Shown: positions 13,386-27,895 of the stretch, piece after piece
Numbering within the stretch: the first letter of the stretch is position 1
Layout of the letters: each line of letters opens with the position of its first letter
DNA from: Eledone cirrhosa
Lineage: Eukaryota
Length of the DNA stretch: 64,000 nucleotides
Assembly (NCBI GenBank): GCA_964016885.1
Contig: OZ024762.1
Coordinates: forward strand, 5,146,001-5,210,000
Direction: 5' to 3'
Made by a program: the position numbers and the translations under genes
Notes under the pieces: model-generated
Seen by the model: only the letters and a program-made list of their open reading frames with translations
Told to the model about the DNA's origin: nothing
Database searches by the model: none

Positions 13386-14503
13386 CATTATATATAATAT
13401 ACATATATATCATATATACTATAATATAATTATTTATAATATACATATATTATATATATAAGTGTGTGTGTGGAAATTCATATATTTAATATTTATAAAT
13501 ATGTGTGCGTGTGTCTATGTATTTGTGATTTATTCTAATGATGATGATGATGATGATGGTGGTGATTTATTAAATCCATACAATGACAAAATTGTTAGCG
13601 AGCAAGGCATATAAAAGCATTGAATGACCCCAGTATGTCACTGGTACATTTTTATTCATTATTATTATCAAGTCTCTGGGGGGGGGGGGTGAAAGTCAAC
13701 ATAGCAACCCACCAATATATTGACCAATTTACGTCAACAACTACAACATACAAACATATATATATAAACCTATATATATACACATATATATATACATACA
13801 TATACATATCTACACACACACATATATACAATCATACATATATACAATTATACATATACACACATATCAACATACAAACATATATATATAAACATATATA
13901 TATACACATATATATATATACACACATATCACACACACATATCTACACACACACATATATACAATCATACACATATACAATTATACATACACACACATAT
14001 CAACATACATACATACATATACACACAATTATACATACTCATACATACCTACATACACTCATGTATACATACATACATACACATATATACATACATACGC
14101 ATATTCATACTTATATGCGTACATAGACAAACATACAAATACATACATACATTATATATTTACAAGTATACATGATACATACTTACTTGTGTATATACAC
14201 ACACATACATACTTACATATGTACATACATACACACACCTACATCCATACATACACACACACACATTCATACACACATTCATACATACTTACATACAAAT
14301 ATACATACATACATACACATCCATACACATACATACACATATACATACACACATGCATACATACATGCACACACACATACATACATACATACACACACAT
14401 ACATACGTCATACATACACACATACACACACACATACATACTTACATACATACACACATATGTACATACTTCTATACATACATACATGTATGTGTAGATA
14501 TGT

Positions 14504-14558
<55 letters not shown>

Positions 14559-14612
14559 AAATCCATGTGAACTGAAACAAAATTAATTCTATAAAAAATA
14601 ATAGTATATAAA

Positions 14613-14687
<75 letters not shown>

Positions 14688-14867
14688 TACATATACATAT
14701 ATATATATATATATATATGTAATATATATATATATATATATGTAATATATATATATATATATATATATGTATATTACATATACATATATATATATATATA
14801 TGTAATATATATATATATATATAATATGTAATATATATATATATATATGTGTGTGTATATATATATA

Positions 14868-14898
<31 letters not shown>

Positions 14899-14951
14899 GT
14901 GTGTATATATATATTATATATATATTACATATATATATATATAATATATAT

Positions 14952-15016
<65 letters not shown>

Positions 15017-15053
15017 CATATATATATATATATATATAACATATATATATATA

Positions 15054-15093
<40 letters not shown>

Positions 15094-15196
15094 TAGGCAC
15101 ACATTTGTGTGTATGTATATATATGTATATATACCTACCAGCATAGATAGATAGACAGAAAGTCAGACAGGTAATCAGCTAAGTCCATGTATGTAT

Positions 15197-15233
<37 letters not shown>

Positions 15234-15608
15234 CTCTCTCTGTGTGTGTGTGTCTATCCCTCCGTGTATAGTATTTGGTGGCAGTGATGGTGTTGTGTGA
15301 AGCTATTTAAGCCACCACTACTCCACTCTCACATATCTCTCCTCTTAGCAGTGGGCAAAAACACAAGATCTGGGAAGACTGTTCTCTCAACAAAACACGT
15401 GGTACTTAAAACATCAACCACCTCCACCTCCCCCTTCCTCCACCTCTTTCTCTTTCTCTTTTCACTGCCCCCACGCGCCTCTCTCTCTCTCTCTCACTTT
15501 CTCTCTCGCTCACCCCACCTCTCTCTCTCTCTCAACAACTTGTAATCCATAGCTGTTCTATCTCTCTCTGTCTTTTTTCTCTGTCTCTCTTTTTTCTTTC
15601 CATCTTTT

Positions 15609-15648
<40 letters not shown>

Positions 15649-15658
15649 CCATCTTTTT

Positions 15659-15697
<39 letters not shown>

Positions 15698-15763
15698 ATT
15701 TTCATCTCTCTCTCTCTTTCTTTCCATCATTTTCATCTCTCTCTCTCTTTCTTTCCATCATTT

Positions 15764-15807
<44 letters not shown>

Positions 15808-16022
15808 CCATCTTTTTCATCTCTCTCTCTCTCTCTCTCTCTTCCTCTCTCTACTCAACCTTCTTTCACCTTTTCTTTGTTTTCTTTCTCTCTCCCTCAC
15901 CCCCTTTCTCTCTATTTCACTTCCTCTCTCCCCCACTACCCCCCCCCCCATCAATCACACCACACCACACTGCACACCAATGCTTTAGTTGCGCTTTTAA
16001 CTGTTTCTATACATTTGTCTAT

Positions 16023-16080
<58 letters not shown>

Positions 16081-16103
16081 CTATATATATATACATATAT
16101 AGC

Positions 16104-16186
<83 letters not shown>

Positions 16187-16188
16187 GC

Positions 16189-16261
<73 letters not shown>

Positions 16262-16284
16262 AGCTATATATATATATATAGCTA

Positions 16285-16325
<41 letters not shown>

Positions 16326-16348
16326 CTATATATATATACATATATAGC

Positions 16349-16431
<83 letters not shown>

Positions 16432-16446
16432 GCATATATATATATA

Positions 16447-16487
<41 letters not shown>

Positions 16488-16597
16488 CTATATATATATA
16501 TATAGCTATATATGTATATATATATATATATATATACATATATATATAGCTATATATATATATATATATATATATATAGCTATATATATATATATAG

Positions 16598-16659
<62 letters not shown>

Positions 16660-16729
16660 CTATATATATATATAGCTATATATATATATAGCTATATAGC
16701 TATATATATATAGCTATATATATATATAG

Positions 16730-16790
<61 letters not shown>

Positions 16791-19665
16791 TAGCTATATA
16801 TAGCTATATATATATACATATATTTAATTTCTCTCTCTCCCCTTCTCTATATATTCATCACTTACCACTCTCTATCTCTCCTCTCTCTATATCTACAACA
16901 TCTCTACTACCCGCCCCCCTCTGCCACCTCTCTCTCTCTTCCTTTCTCTGTCTCTCTACCGACAATTTACTCTCTCTCTACCTCTCTCTTCCTCTCTACC
17001 GACAAATTACTCTCTCTCTACCTCTCTCTTCCTCTCTACCGACAATTTACTCTCTCTCTACCTCTCTCTTCCTCTCTACCGACAATTTACTCTCTCTCTA
17101 CCTCTCTCTTCCTCTCTACCGACAAATTACTCTCTCTCCTCTCTCTTTCTCTCTCTCCACCGACAAATTACCCCCCTCTCTCACCATCTCTCTCTTTCCA
17201 CAAATTATTCTCCACTCCTCTTCCTCTCTCCATCACTCTCTCTTCTCCTCTCCCTCTATCTATCCTATCCCCCTCCCTCCATCTCTCTCCACAAATTATT
17301 CTCTCCTCTCTTCCTCTCTCTCTCCTCTCTTCCTCCCGCCATCTCATTATTCTCTCCTCTCTCTCCCCCTCTCTCCTATCCCCCTCTCTCCATCTCTCTC
17401 CTCTCCCCCTCTCTTCTCTCCCCCTCCCCCCCCATCCACAAATTATTCTCTCATTGTCCACAGCTCAGCCTCAGCCATACAAGCACAGCTTCTGTCTTAA
17501 TTCACACACACACATATATATGTACATACACACACACACATATATATGTACATACACACACACACATATATATATATATGTACATACACACACACACACA
17601 CATATATATATGTACATACACACACACACATATATATGTGTATACACACACACACATATATATATGTACATACACACACACACACACATATATATATGTA
17701 CATACACACACACACACATATATATATGTACATACACACACACACACACATATATATATGTACATACACACACACACACACATATATATGTACATATACA
17801 CACACACACATATATATGTACATATACACACACACACATATATATATGTACATACACACACACACATATATGTACATATACACACACACACATATATATG
17901 TACATATACACACACACACATATATATGTACATACACACACACACACATATATATGTACATATACACACACACACATATATATATGTACATATACACACA
18001 CACATATATATGTACATACACACACACATATATATGCACATATACACACACACACATATATATGTACATATACACACACACACATATATATGTACATATA
18101 CACACACACACATATATATGTACATATACACACACACACACATATATATGTACATATACACACACACATATATATGTACATACACACACACACATATATA
18201 TGCACATATACACACACACATATATATGTACATATACACACACATATATACACACACATATATATGTATATATATACACACATATATATATGTACATACA
18301 CACACACATATATTTACATATACACACACATACATATATGTACACACACATACACATATATAAGTACATATACACACATACATGCACACATACATGCACA
18401 TACATACACATACAGTTTCCCTCTCTCTCTCTCTCACTCCACTCTTTCCCTCCCCTCTAATCCTCTCTTACCTTTTTAATCCCTCTCACTTCACCCTCTC
18501 CTCCACTCCATCCTCACTCTCACTCACTTCACCCTCTCCTCCACTCCATCCTCACTCTCACTTCACCCTCTCCCCCACTCCCACCACTTTCACTCTCACT
18601 TCACCCTCTCCTCCACTCCATCCTCACTCTCACTTCACCCTCTCGCCCACTCCTACCCTCACTCTTACTTCACCCTCTTGCCCACTCTCACTCTCTCCCC
18701 CACACTCACTCTTACTTCATTCCCCCACTCCCATTTTACTCTCACCCTCACTTCACTCTCTCCCCCACTCTCACTCTTACTTCACCCCCCCCACTCCCAC
18801 TTTACTCTCACCCTTACTTCACTCTCTCCCCCACTTTCACTCTTACTTCACGCTCTCCCCCCACTCCCACTTTACTCTCACCCTTACTTCACTCTCTCTC
18901 CCACTCTCACTCTTACTTCACTCTCTCTCCCACTCTCACCCTTACTTCACTCTCTCTCCCACTCTCACCCTTACTTCACTCTCTCTCCCACTCTCACTCT
19001 TACTTCACTCTCTCCCCCACTCCCACCTTTACACACCACCCATCCATACCCACTCCCACTCTCTCCTCCACCTACACCTCCCGTTCCTTCAGTCACTCAT
19101 TCATACAATTTCACTCCCACGCATTCCTTCTCTCTCTATTTCTATCTCATTCACCATACCATCTCTCTCTTCCTTTCTCACCACCCTCTCTCTCATTTAC
19201 CATACCTACTTCTCTCTCTCTACTTTCCCCCCTCTCTTCCTCTCTCTCTCCCTCCCTCTCTCTCTTATTCATCATACCTACTTCTCTCTCTCCCTCTCTC
19301 TTATTCATCATACCTACTTCTCTCTCTCCCTCTCTCTTATTCATCATACCTACTTCTCTCTCTCTACTTTTCCCCATCTCACTCCCTCTCTCCCCCTCTC
19401 TGTAATTCATCTTACCTTCTCAATAACTTAACATTATCCCCTCCCTCCCCATCTCACATATAAACACACGCTGTTACGTAAACGCTCGCTCTATCTTTTT
19501 CATAGACTACACCACACCACACCACACCACACTACACTACACCCCACCACACCACACTACACTACACTACACTACACCACACTATACAACACTACACTAC
19601 ACTACACTATACAACACTACACTACACTACACCCCACCATATTACATTACACCACACTACACCAC

Positions 19666-19703
<38 letters not shown>

Positions 19704-19910
19704 ACTACTACTACTATTACTACTACTATCACCACCACTACTACTACCACCATCACTGCTACTACTACCACCACAACTACTACCACTAATATCACCACCA
19801 CCACTACTACACTACCACCAATACTACTACTAACACCACCACCACTACTACTACCACAAACACCACCACCACTAATACTACTACCACCAACACCACCACT
19901 ACTATTACTG
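12960..19910. repeat. Large simple-repeat and minisatellite field: (TA)n, (CATA)n, (CT)n, TAGCTA-interrupted TA, ~39-bp CT-rich units, TGTACA(CA)n(TA)n units, (ACT/ACC)n
   Basis: Directly visible low-complexity sequence with only short unique islands. Confidence 0.9.
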
Positions 19911-20093
19911 ATTATATTTTGTCTGTCCTATTCATGTATTTAATGAAATTTGTTTAAACAATTGTAAAGATTAAATGATTTAAGAACTTTTATTTGTCAT
20001 CTTAATTTGTTTTATACACATATATGTTCGCTTGTATCACACCAAGATGGTGATATTGTCACACTTGCATTACTACACCTCAGAAGTGTATGA

Positions 20094-20167
20094 GCATCTG
20101 ATGATGTCACATGGAGACTGTCAATGACATAACCAGTGCATAACCATGTCATTGAAATATATATTGT
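20094..20167 (+). ncRNA. Decayed hammerhead motif with long helix II
   Basis: CTGATGA T GTC ACATGG...CCATGT CAT T GAAA TATA TA; helix I poorly paired; AATAAA follows. Confidence 0.45.
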
Positions 20168-20563
20168 GTAATAAAACAATCATGTAAAAGAAATCATGTC
20201 TTAACATTTTGTATATATATAGTAGCCTGGAAAATGGACGTTAAACGAAGATGATGATGATGATGATGATGATGATATCTAACCCATGCTAGCATGGAAG
20301 ATAGACGTTAAATGATGATGATGATGATGATATATATATATACATCTATATATACATATATATATATATATATCAAAGGTATATATATTGAGCTAGTAAC
20401 TGAAAATAGTCTATTTACAATTAAATAGCTCAAAGAAAGAGATTTTTCTAAGCCGTGTAATATAATTGAATATAAAAAAGAGATAAACACAGATATATAC
20501 ATACTAGTGTTCAAATCTGGTCTCTTATATGTATATATCTGTGTTTATCTCTCTTTTATATTC

Positions 20564-20618
<55 letters not shown>

Positions 20619-20838
20619 GGAGGTGAGTTTTATTGTAGTACAATAAAGCAATGCAGATATCTCTCTATCACCCATCTCTCCCTCTCATCTCCTTCCCTTT
20701 TCATCCTTTTCTCTCCCCCCCTCTCTAAATAAAATATTTTTCCCAATATCACACATCAATCTAAAACCACTTTTCATATGTTGATTTAAAACTGCACTAT
20801 CAACAAGTGTTTTTTTAGCCTTCATATCATGTTCTCCT

Positions 20839-20907
20839 GTTTTATCTGATGAAAACACAAATATTATTGTTTGATGATGTTTGTTTTTGAAATGCGCATA
20901 ATAAAAT
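20839..20907 (+). ncRNA. Type I hammerhead ribozyme with long helix II and palindromic helix III
   Basis: GTTTTAT CTGATGA AAA-C-ACAAATATTATT-GTTT-GATGATGTTTGT-T-TTT GAA ATGCGCAT A^ ATAAAAT. Helix I is 7 bp and helix II is 3+12 bp including G-U pairs. Confidence 0.8.
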
Positions 20908-20938
20908 ATATTGAACTCCTTTAACCATCTTTTGATCT

Positions 20939-21004
<66 letters not shown>

Positions 21005-22344
21005 TCAACACATGTAGACAGTTATTGTCCAGAAAGCAATGTTCAAGAATGAACTCTCAATAAATTTCTCCTTCTGACGAAGTTTTCCTGCCTAGTTATT
21101 CCTGTTTTTCCTGGTACCATACTTATCATATATATATATAGGCTAAGATATAACTATCTCTGTCCTATTACACCATAGATAGCTCAAATACTATACAAGC
21201 TGAAAACAATAAATACATAGATGTTTATTTTTAAAATAAAATTTAGTAAGTAGAAATGAAAAAAGAAGGGGAAACAAAAGAAAAGAAAGAATAGGGAAAT
21301 GTAGAAAAAAAAGAAAAAGAACGGGAAGGGGATAGCAAGAGCTCTGGTGTCACAGAAGAGAGGGGCGGGGTGAAGGGGAGGGTGATTGGGCTTTGGTCCT
21401 AGGGCAAGAGGGCAGAATTGCTGCGCCCCGCTGACAAGACGGCAAAAGCATTCCCCCGGACGATGGCCAGTGAGACCTGCTGCAACAGCCACCCAACCTT
21501 GTGGAGGGGTCCCTCCTCGGACGGGCCGCCGACGCTCCGATCTTGCGGAAGAGCTCGGCTGTAAAGGGTCCAAGTACGCCCGAGGTCTCGACAGTGGCCG
21601 GACAAACCCCGGAATTTGTTTATTTTACGTTCTTCTGTGAGGTGGGCTGCGATGCCGAACTATATTTTGTAAAGCTTCATTTATACAAATTATATTTAGG
21701 TGTAAAAATGTAAAGTATATTAAAAGGAAGCATTACAAGCAAAAAATACATTTTAAAATAAAAAATATAATTTCACCTACAAACTTGTGTTTATACTGCG
21801 GTTTCATTTGACAAAGAAATAGATACTAATTAAGATTATTCATCAGAGTTGTGTGAAACCATTTTGGTGGTTTGGGAGCTGATGAGGGGGAAGATGTGTG
21901 TAAACTTGTCTTGTACATCACCTTTATTTCCTTCTTCCAGTCACTTCTATGTCCTCCTCCTCTTTCAATTTCTTCTATATTTCCTCTGCCTGTCACCCAC
22001 CTTGTGGATTGTCCCTCTGTTGACCACTGGCTGCTGGTCTGTCCTCTGAGGTATTATATTTCCTCTGCCTGTCCCCCTCCTTGTGGATTGTCCCACTGGT
22101 CACTGGTCTCTGTTTATTGATGTAATAATCAATAAATTAAGTTTAGAAACGGCTAGCGAATTTGAAAATTAGGTAGTAACATGTGCTTACGCCGTTTTTG
22201 ACTAAATGGAATTAGTCTGTTAGTTGGGATTTTAAAAAAAACCTTTATTTGCCAGTCTTAAGATGCCTAAGAAATGCCGTAGGTCAATATAGCGCCCCTA
22301 CAATTCTATCAGGAGTTACGGGACCTTACCATACCATACCATAT

Positions 22345-22381
<37 letters not shown>

Positions 22382-22696
22382 CAGGTTACCCCCGTCATTT
22401 GCAGTCCCGGTTATTCATGGAATTTTCCTTAGAACCTAACTAATAATTGTTCGTGGAAATCACCCCATATTCGTGGAATCGTAAATATCTTCCATGATAT
22501 TTTTATGGCTTTTTTCATGGCAATATATATTTTTTCACACCTTTTAACACTAAATTATTTATAACAATATACTGTATTTGCTGTTATGTTTTGACGTTTA
22601 TAGGCATTTTTATGGACCACCTCCAATATTTATGGTCTTTCACTCTTTGTGGGTGCTCTAGATACGTAACCTCCATGAATTACCGAGGTACAACTG
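22382..22696. mobile_element. Tc1/mariner/pogo-type MITE
   Basis: TA-CAG...CTG-TA termini with imperfect TIRs, inserted in (TA)n. Confidence 0.6.
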
Positions 22697-22985
22697 TATA
22701 TATAGGGCTATAATTGGATTATTGATTACCAAAAAGACAGATTTAAGAATTACGTGCTCTCTATCAAGCACCATTTCCAACATTTAGTCTAAACTTGAGT
22801 TACCAAGGTATTACTTCTGGGATAATGTTTAATGTCACTGTGGTTTGTTTTTATAGTTAATTCACATTTCTAAACAGTAAACAAATTATGACCCACCTTG
22901 TATATATATATGCATGTATGTATATGTATATATATATATATAAGTATATAGTCCACATATATATGTCCATATATATATATTGTAG

Positions 22986-23155
22986 TCCACACTGTAAACG
23001 TGGTTGGTGTTAGGAAGGGCATCCAGCCGTAGAAAACCCGCCAGACAGTCCTATACGAGCAAGACAACCAATCTTGCCTCAAGTGGGAAAATTTGCGTCC
23101 AAACCCATGCAAGCGTGGAAGTTAGACGTTAAACGATGATGATGATGATGATGAT
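22986..23155 (+). mobile_element. RTE 3'UTR/tail fragment
   Basis: GGTTGGTGTTAGGAAGGGCATCCAGCC...AACCCATGCAAGCGTGGAA...(GAT)n. Confidence 0.85.
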
Positions 23156-23472
23156 ATATAAGTATGTTTGCATTATATATATATATATACATACATATAT
23201 GTGTGCGTTTATGTATCTATAGATACATATAAGTATGCATATATACATATACATATCCACTATGTACTAAGGTGTTCACGTGTGTGTGTGTGTGTGTATA
23301 TATATGACCGTGTGTTTGTGTCTCCCCTCACAACAAAGTTCCATGTATGTTGGCAAATTAACAAGTTTCTCTTTGTTGATGTAGACTATAACAAGACAAG
23401 TGTGTCTGCTCTCTTTTATAATACGGTCGCTGTAGAAATATTTAGTTTCTTCTGGCTCTGCCAGTTTATAGC

Positions 23473-23522
<50 letters not shown>

Positions 23523-23573
23523 GTGTGTGTGTGTATGCATATGTACATACATATATATATACATATACATATA

Positions 23574-23619
<46 letters not shown>

Positions 23620-23700
23620 TATACATACATATATATGTATATATATATATATGTATGTATATATGTATACATACATATATATGTATATATATATGTATGT

Positions 23701-26070
23701 ATGATAAAGGTGAGCTTGCCCTCACAAGTGCTGAGAAGAAAGATGCATGGAAGAGTCATTATGATAGATTACTAAATGAGGAGAATGCATGGGAAGAAGA
23801 GACCCTACCCCACGTAGACCCTATAGAGGGACCAGCAGTACAAGTCAGCGGCAGCGTAGTAAGTAAGGCAATCAGAGATATGAAGATAGGGAAGGCAACC
23901 GGTCCATCGGGTATAGCTGCCGAGATGCTGAAGGCATCTGGGTCTGTAGGTCACACTATAACCACACGTATCGTTAACCAGGTAATACTAGAGGGGGCCA
24001 TACCAAAAGATTGGTGCAGTAGCATCATTGTCAACTGCTACAAAGGTAAAGGCGATGCACTAGATAGAGGAAACTATAGAGGTATAAAGTTGATGGACCA
24101 GGTCATGAAAGTAACAGAAAGAGTTATAGCACAGCTGATTAGGGACCGGGTGAATATAGACGAGATGCAATTTGGGTTTGTACCAGGGAAAGGCACCACT
24201 GATGCGCTCTTCCTTGTGAGGCAATTACAGGAAAAGTACCTAGCTAAAAGTAAGCCACTCTACTTGGCATTTGTCGACCTTGAGAAAGCCTTTGACAGAG
24301 TTCCACGTGCAGTAATCTGGTGGGCTCTTAGAAAACTAGGAGTAGATGAATGGCTTGTGAAAGCGGTACAAGCCATGTATAGGGGAGCAGTCAGCAAAGT
24401 TAGGATTGGCAATGAGTATAGCGAGGAATTTAGCGTACAGGTTGGGGTCCACCAGGGCTCTGTTCTTAGCCCTCTCCTGTTCATCATAGTCCTGCAGGCA
24501 ATAACGGAGGAGTTTAAGACCGGATGCCCATGGGAACTCCTGTATGCTGATGACCTCGCACTCATAGCTGAATCTATGGTAGAACTAGAGAATAAATTCC
24601 AAACCTGGAAGCAGGGACTAGAGAGAAAGGGCCTCAAAGTCAACATGACAAAGACTAAGGTCCTTATAAGTAGACGAGAAAACAGAACCCAGATCCCCTC
24701 AGGGAAATGGCCTTGCTCAGTATGTAGGAAAGGTGTAGGTAGGAACTCCATTCTTTGCCCCAAATGCAAACAATGGGTACACAAGAGATGTAGCGGGATC
24801 TCAGGAAGCTTAATTAAGAATGTAGGATTCACATGCAGCAGCTGTGCTGAAACAGCAAGCAAACAGCCACAGGAAACAAGTACCACCAATCTCTGGGAGG
24901 GCCCTGTAGAAACAGTAGACAGCTTCTGCTACCTAGGTGACCGAATTAGCAACGGAGGTGGGTGCTCAGAAAGTACAATAACTAGGGTAAGAACGGGATG
25001 GAAGAAGTTTAGGGAACTACTACCACTGCTAGCTGCAAAAGGCTTCTCCCTCAGAATGAAAGGCAGACTGTATGATGCGTGTATCCGAACAGCGATGTTG
25101 CATGGTAGTGAGACCTGGGCGCTGAAGGTGGAAGACTTACGTAGATTAGAGAGAAACGAAGCCTGCATGCTCCGATGGATGTGTAACAGTAATATACGTG
25201 AACGACAAAGCATAAATGAATTGAGAGAGAGACTGAGCATAAGAGGAATCAAATGCTGCGTGCAGGAGAGGCGGTTACGCTGGTATGGACATGTGATGCG
25301 TATGAAGGATGACAGCTGCATAAAAAGGTGCAGAGCACTAGAAGTTGATGGAAACCGCGGAGTGGGGAGACCCAAGATGACTTGGGATGAGGTGATAAAA
25401 GCCGACCTTACCCAACTACACCTCTCAAAGTCAATGACACACGACCGTGACTTCTGGCGTCACGCAGTAATACAGGGTACCCGACCTCCCATGGGTACAT
25501 GCTGAAGCATATAAACAATATGCCCCCCCCCCCACCCCACCGCAAGGTGGTCGTGGAGGTGCCACGGCAAAAAAGCACCCAGCCCACACTGTAAAGTGGA
25601 CGTGTAGGCGCCACGAAAAAGCACCCAGCACTCACTGTAAATGAGGTTGGTGTTAGGAAGGGCATCCAGCTGTAGAAATCAAGCCAGATCAGTTCCTGTA
25701 TGAGCAAGGCATGGTCAGCCGACCAGACACTGCCCACAACAGGACAACCCGTCTAACCCATGCTAGCGTGGAAGAACGGACGTAAAACGGTGATGATGAT
25801 GATGATGATGATGTATATATGTATATAGACAATATGCCCCCACACCCTCCCACTGTAAAGGGGTCGTGGAGGTGCCACGGCAAAAAAAGCACCCAGCACT
25901 CACTGTAAATGAGGTTGGAAGGGCATCCAGCTGTAGAAATCACCCCAGAATCAGTTCCCGTATGAGCAAGACAAGGTCAGCCGACTGGACACTGCCCACA
26001 ACAGGACAACCCGTCTAACCCATGCTAGCGTGGAAGAACGGACGTAAAATGGTGATGATGATGATGATGA
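23701..26070 (+). mobile_element. RTE LINE insertion with 3'UTR, (GAT)n tail at ~25790-25812 and a second 3'UTR copy (25826-26070)
   Basis: ORF followed by the 3'UTR shared with many fragments in the window; embedded in TA-rich microsatellite. Confidence 0.92.
23703..25505 (+). CDS. RTE-clade LINE reverse transcriptase ORF, 5'-truncated (no APE endonuclease, no real start codon)
   Basis: RT motifs [61 protein letters not shown] and RRLRWYGHV, uninterrupted to the stop. The first 16 aa of the ORF-track entry are microsatellite. Confidence 0.95.
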   Translation, partial: DKGELALTSAEKKDAWKSHYDRLLNEENAWEEETLPHVDPIEGPAVQVSGSVVSKAIRDMKIGKATGPSGIAAEMLKASGSVGHTITTRIVNQVILEGAIPKDWCSSIIVNCYKGKGDALDRGNYRGIKLMDQVMKVTERVIAQLIRDRVNIDEMQFGFVPGKGTTDALFLVRQLQEKYLAKSKPLYLAFVDLEKAFDRVPRAVIWWALRKLGVDEWLVKAVQAMYRGAVSKVRIGNEYSEEFSVQVGVHQGSVLSPLLFIIVLQAITEEFKTGCPWELLYADDLALIAESMVELENKFQTWKQGLERKGLKVNMTKTKVLISRRENRTQIPSGKWPCSVCRKGVGRNSILCPKCKQWVHKRCSGISGSLIKNVGFTCSSCAETASKQPQETSTTNLWEGPVETVDSFCYLGDRISNGGGCSESTITRVRTGWKKFRELLPLLAAKGFSLRMKGRLYDACIRTAMLHGSETWALKVEDLRRLERNEACMLRWMCNSNIRERQSINELRERLSIRGIKCCVQERRLRWYGHVMRMKDDSCIKRCRALEVDGNRGVGRPKMTWDEVIKADLTQLHLSKSMTHDRDFWRHAVIQGTRPPMGTC

Positions 26071-26084
26071 TATATATATATATT

Positions 26085-26115
<31 letters not shown>

Positions 26116-26319
26116 GCACATAGCTATATACACACACAGACACATATATACATGCAAGCATACATGATGGCTGCCCCCTCGTTATCATGTATGGCCTTTG
26201 CACGATATACCATTATTAATAATTATTAATTAATTCTATCGTGCAATGCCTGTGCATGAACATATTTTTTAAAGTGAGGAAAGACTGTGCACTTACATAC
26301 ATACATACATACATACATA

Positions 26320-26790
26320 CATGGTGGCTGCCAACTCGTTTTCGAGTACGGCCACTACTTTATATCCATGTAGGAGAACCCCTACCGATGCGCTGAACAA
26401 GTGTGACTTTTAGTCCAGCCAGCGACTTGAAAACTCTGGTACAAACACTACACTTGTGACAATTATTGACACATAGTGCTGGGCCCATGGTACCATGTGA
26501 CGACAAGTGCAGAGAGATCTCCAGATATAAAGCAATGCCTGTGCCGTGAAGCTTTTATAGTGAGCAAAGGCACTGCACAAAGCCATACATACATAATACA
26601 TTGAAGTAGATGGAAACATCTCACTGGGAGTCACAACTCTGGACCCATCAAATTTCCTGCTTTTCTGATGTGTTGGGGTTGATGGAGTCATAACCTCTGC
26701 TAAGATTGTCCTGTTGTTCAGGGAGTTCATCTCCTACATTGATGGGCGGCCCTGATTAACGCTGGGGTCGTGGTGGAAGGGGCAGACACC
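26320..26790 (-). mobile_element. Probable non-autonomous retroelement with (ATGT)n tail
   Basis: The 3' end (reverse complement of ATGGTGGCTGCCAACTCGTT) resembles the tail at 26165 and ends in a tetranucleotide repeat; no recognisable protein. Confidence 0.4.
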
Positions 26791-27348
26791 CCTACAGAGT
26801 TACTTCACCACTTGATGAGAGACACCAGCTCCTGCTGGGGTCACAGTGGGAGGGGCAGAAACCCCTACAGAGTTACTTCACCACTTGATGAGAGACACCA
26901 GCTCCTGCTGGGGTCACAGTGGGAGGGGCAGAAACCCCCTACAGAGTTACTTCACCACCTGATGAGAGACGCCAGCTCCTGCTGGGGTCACAGTGGGAGG
27001 GGCAGAAACCCCTACAGAGTTACTTCACCACTTGATGAGAGACACCAGCTCCTGCTGGGGTCACAGTGGGAGGGGCAGAAACCCCTACAGAGTTACTTCA
27101 CCACTTGATGAGAGACACCAGCTCCTGCTGGGGTCACAGTGGGAGGGGCAGAAACCCCCTACAGAGTTACTTCACCACCTGATGAGAGACGCCAGCTCCT
27201 GCTGGGGTCACAGTGGGAGGGGCAGAAACCCCTACAGAGTTACTTCACCACTTGATGAGAGACACCAGCTCCTGCTGGGGTTAGAGTGGGAGGGGCAGAA
27301 ACCCCTACAGAGTTACTTCACCACTTGATGAGAGACACCAGCTCCTGC
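26761..27348. repeat. 73/74-bp GC-rich tandem repeat (about 8 units)
   Basis: Unit AGAGTTACTTCACCACTTGATGAGAGACACCAGCTCCTGCTGGGGTCACAGTGGGAGGGGCAGAAACCCCTAC, with a ~220-bp higher-order period. Confidence 0.92.
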
Positions 27349-27461
27349 ATTTGGAGATGGATTACAACAGCATCTCAGTACAGATCTTTGTTTGCCAAGC
27401 ATATATATATATATATATTTATGTGTGTGTGTGAGTGTGTGTGTGTGTGTGTATGGGATAT

Positions 27462-27895
27462 GGTGTACCTATTTAGTTAGCCCTTACAATACAGGGGTAC
27501 AGTGTACCTATTTAGTTAGCCCTTACAACACAAGGATACAGTGTACCTATTTAGTTAGCCTTTACAACACAGGGATAGTGTACCTATTTAGTTAGCCCTT
27601 ACAACACAGGGATAGTGTACCTATTTAGTTAGCCCTTACAACACAGGGGTACAGTGTACTTATTTAGTTAGCCCTTACAACACAAGGATACAGTGTACCT
27701 ATTTAGTTAGCCCTTGCAACACAGGGGTACAGTGTACCTATTTAGTTAGCCCTTACAACACAAGGATAGTGTACCTATTTAGTTAGCCCTTACAACACAG
27801 AGATAGTGTACCTATTTAGTTAGCCCTTACAGCACAGAGTTACAGTGTTCCTATTTAGTTAGCCCTTACAGCACAGGGGTACGGTGTGCCTATTC
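27462..27895. repeat. 37-39-bp minisatellite (about 11 units)
   Basis: GTGTACCTATTTAGTTAGCCCTTACAACACAGGG(G)(A)TA(CA) repeated. Confidence 0.92.

Noticed and set aside
21074-21100. CTGACGA core word (similar isolated words at 10475, 37978, 52041 and 61884)
   Set aside because: No matching GAAA half with pairing helices.
26800-27340. Hammerhead in the 73-bp repeat ((C/T)TGATGA...GAAAC)
   Set aside because: Most units have TTGATGA, helix I and III cannot form, and extra sequence separates helix II from GAAA.
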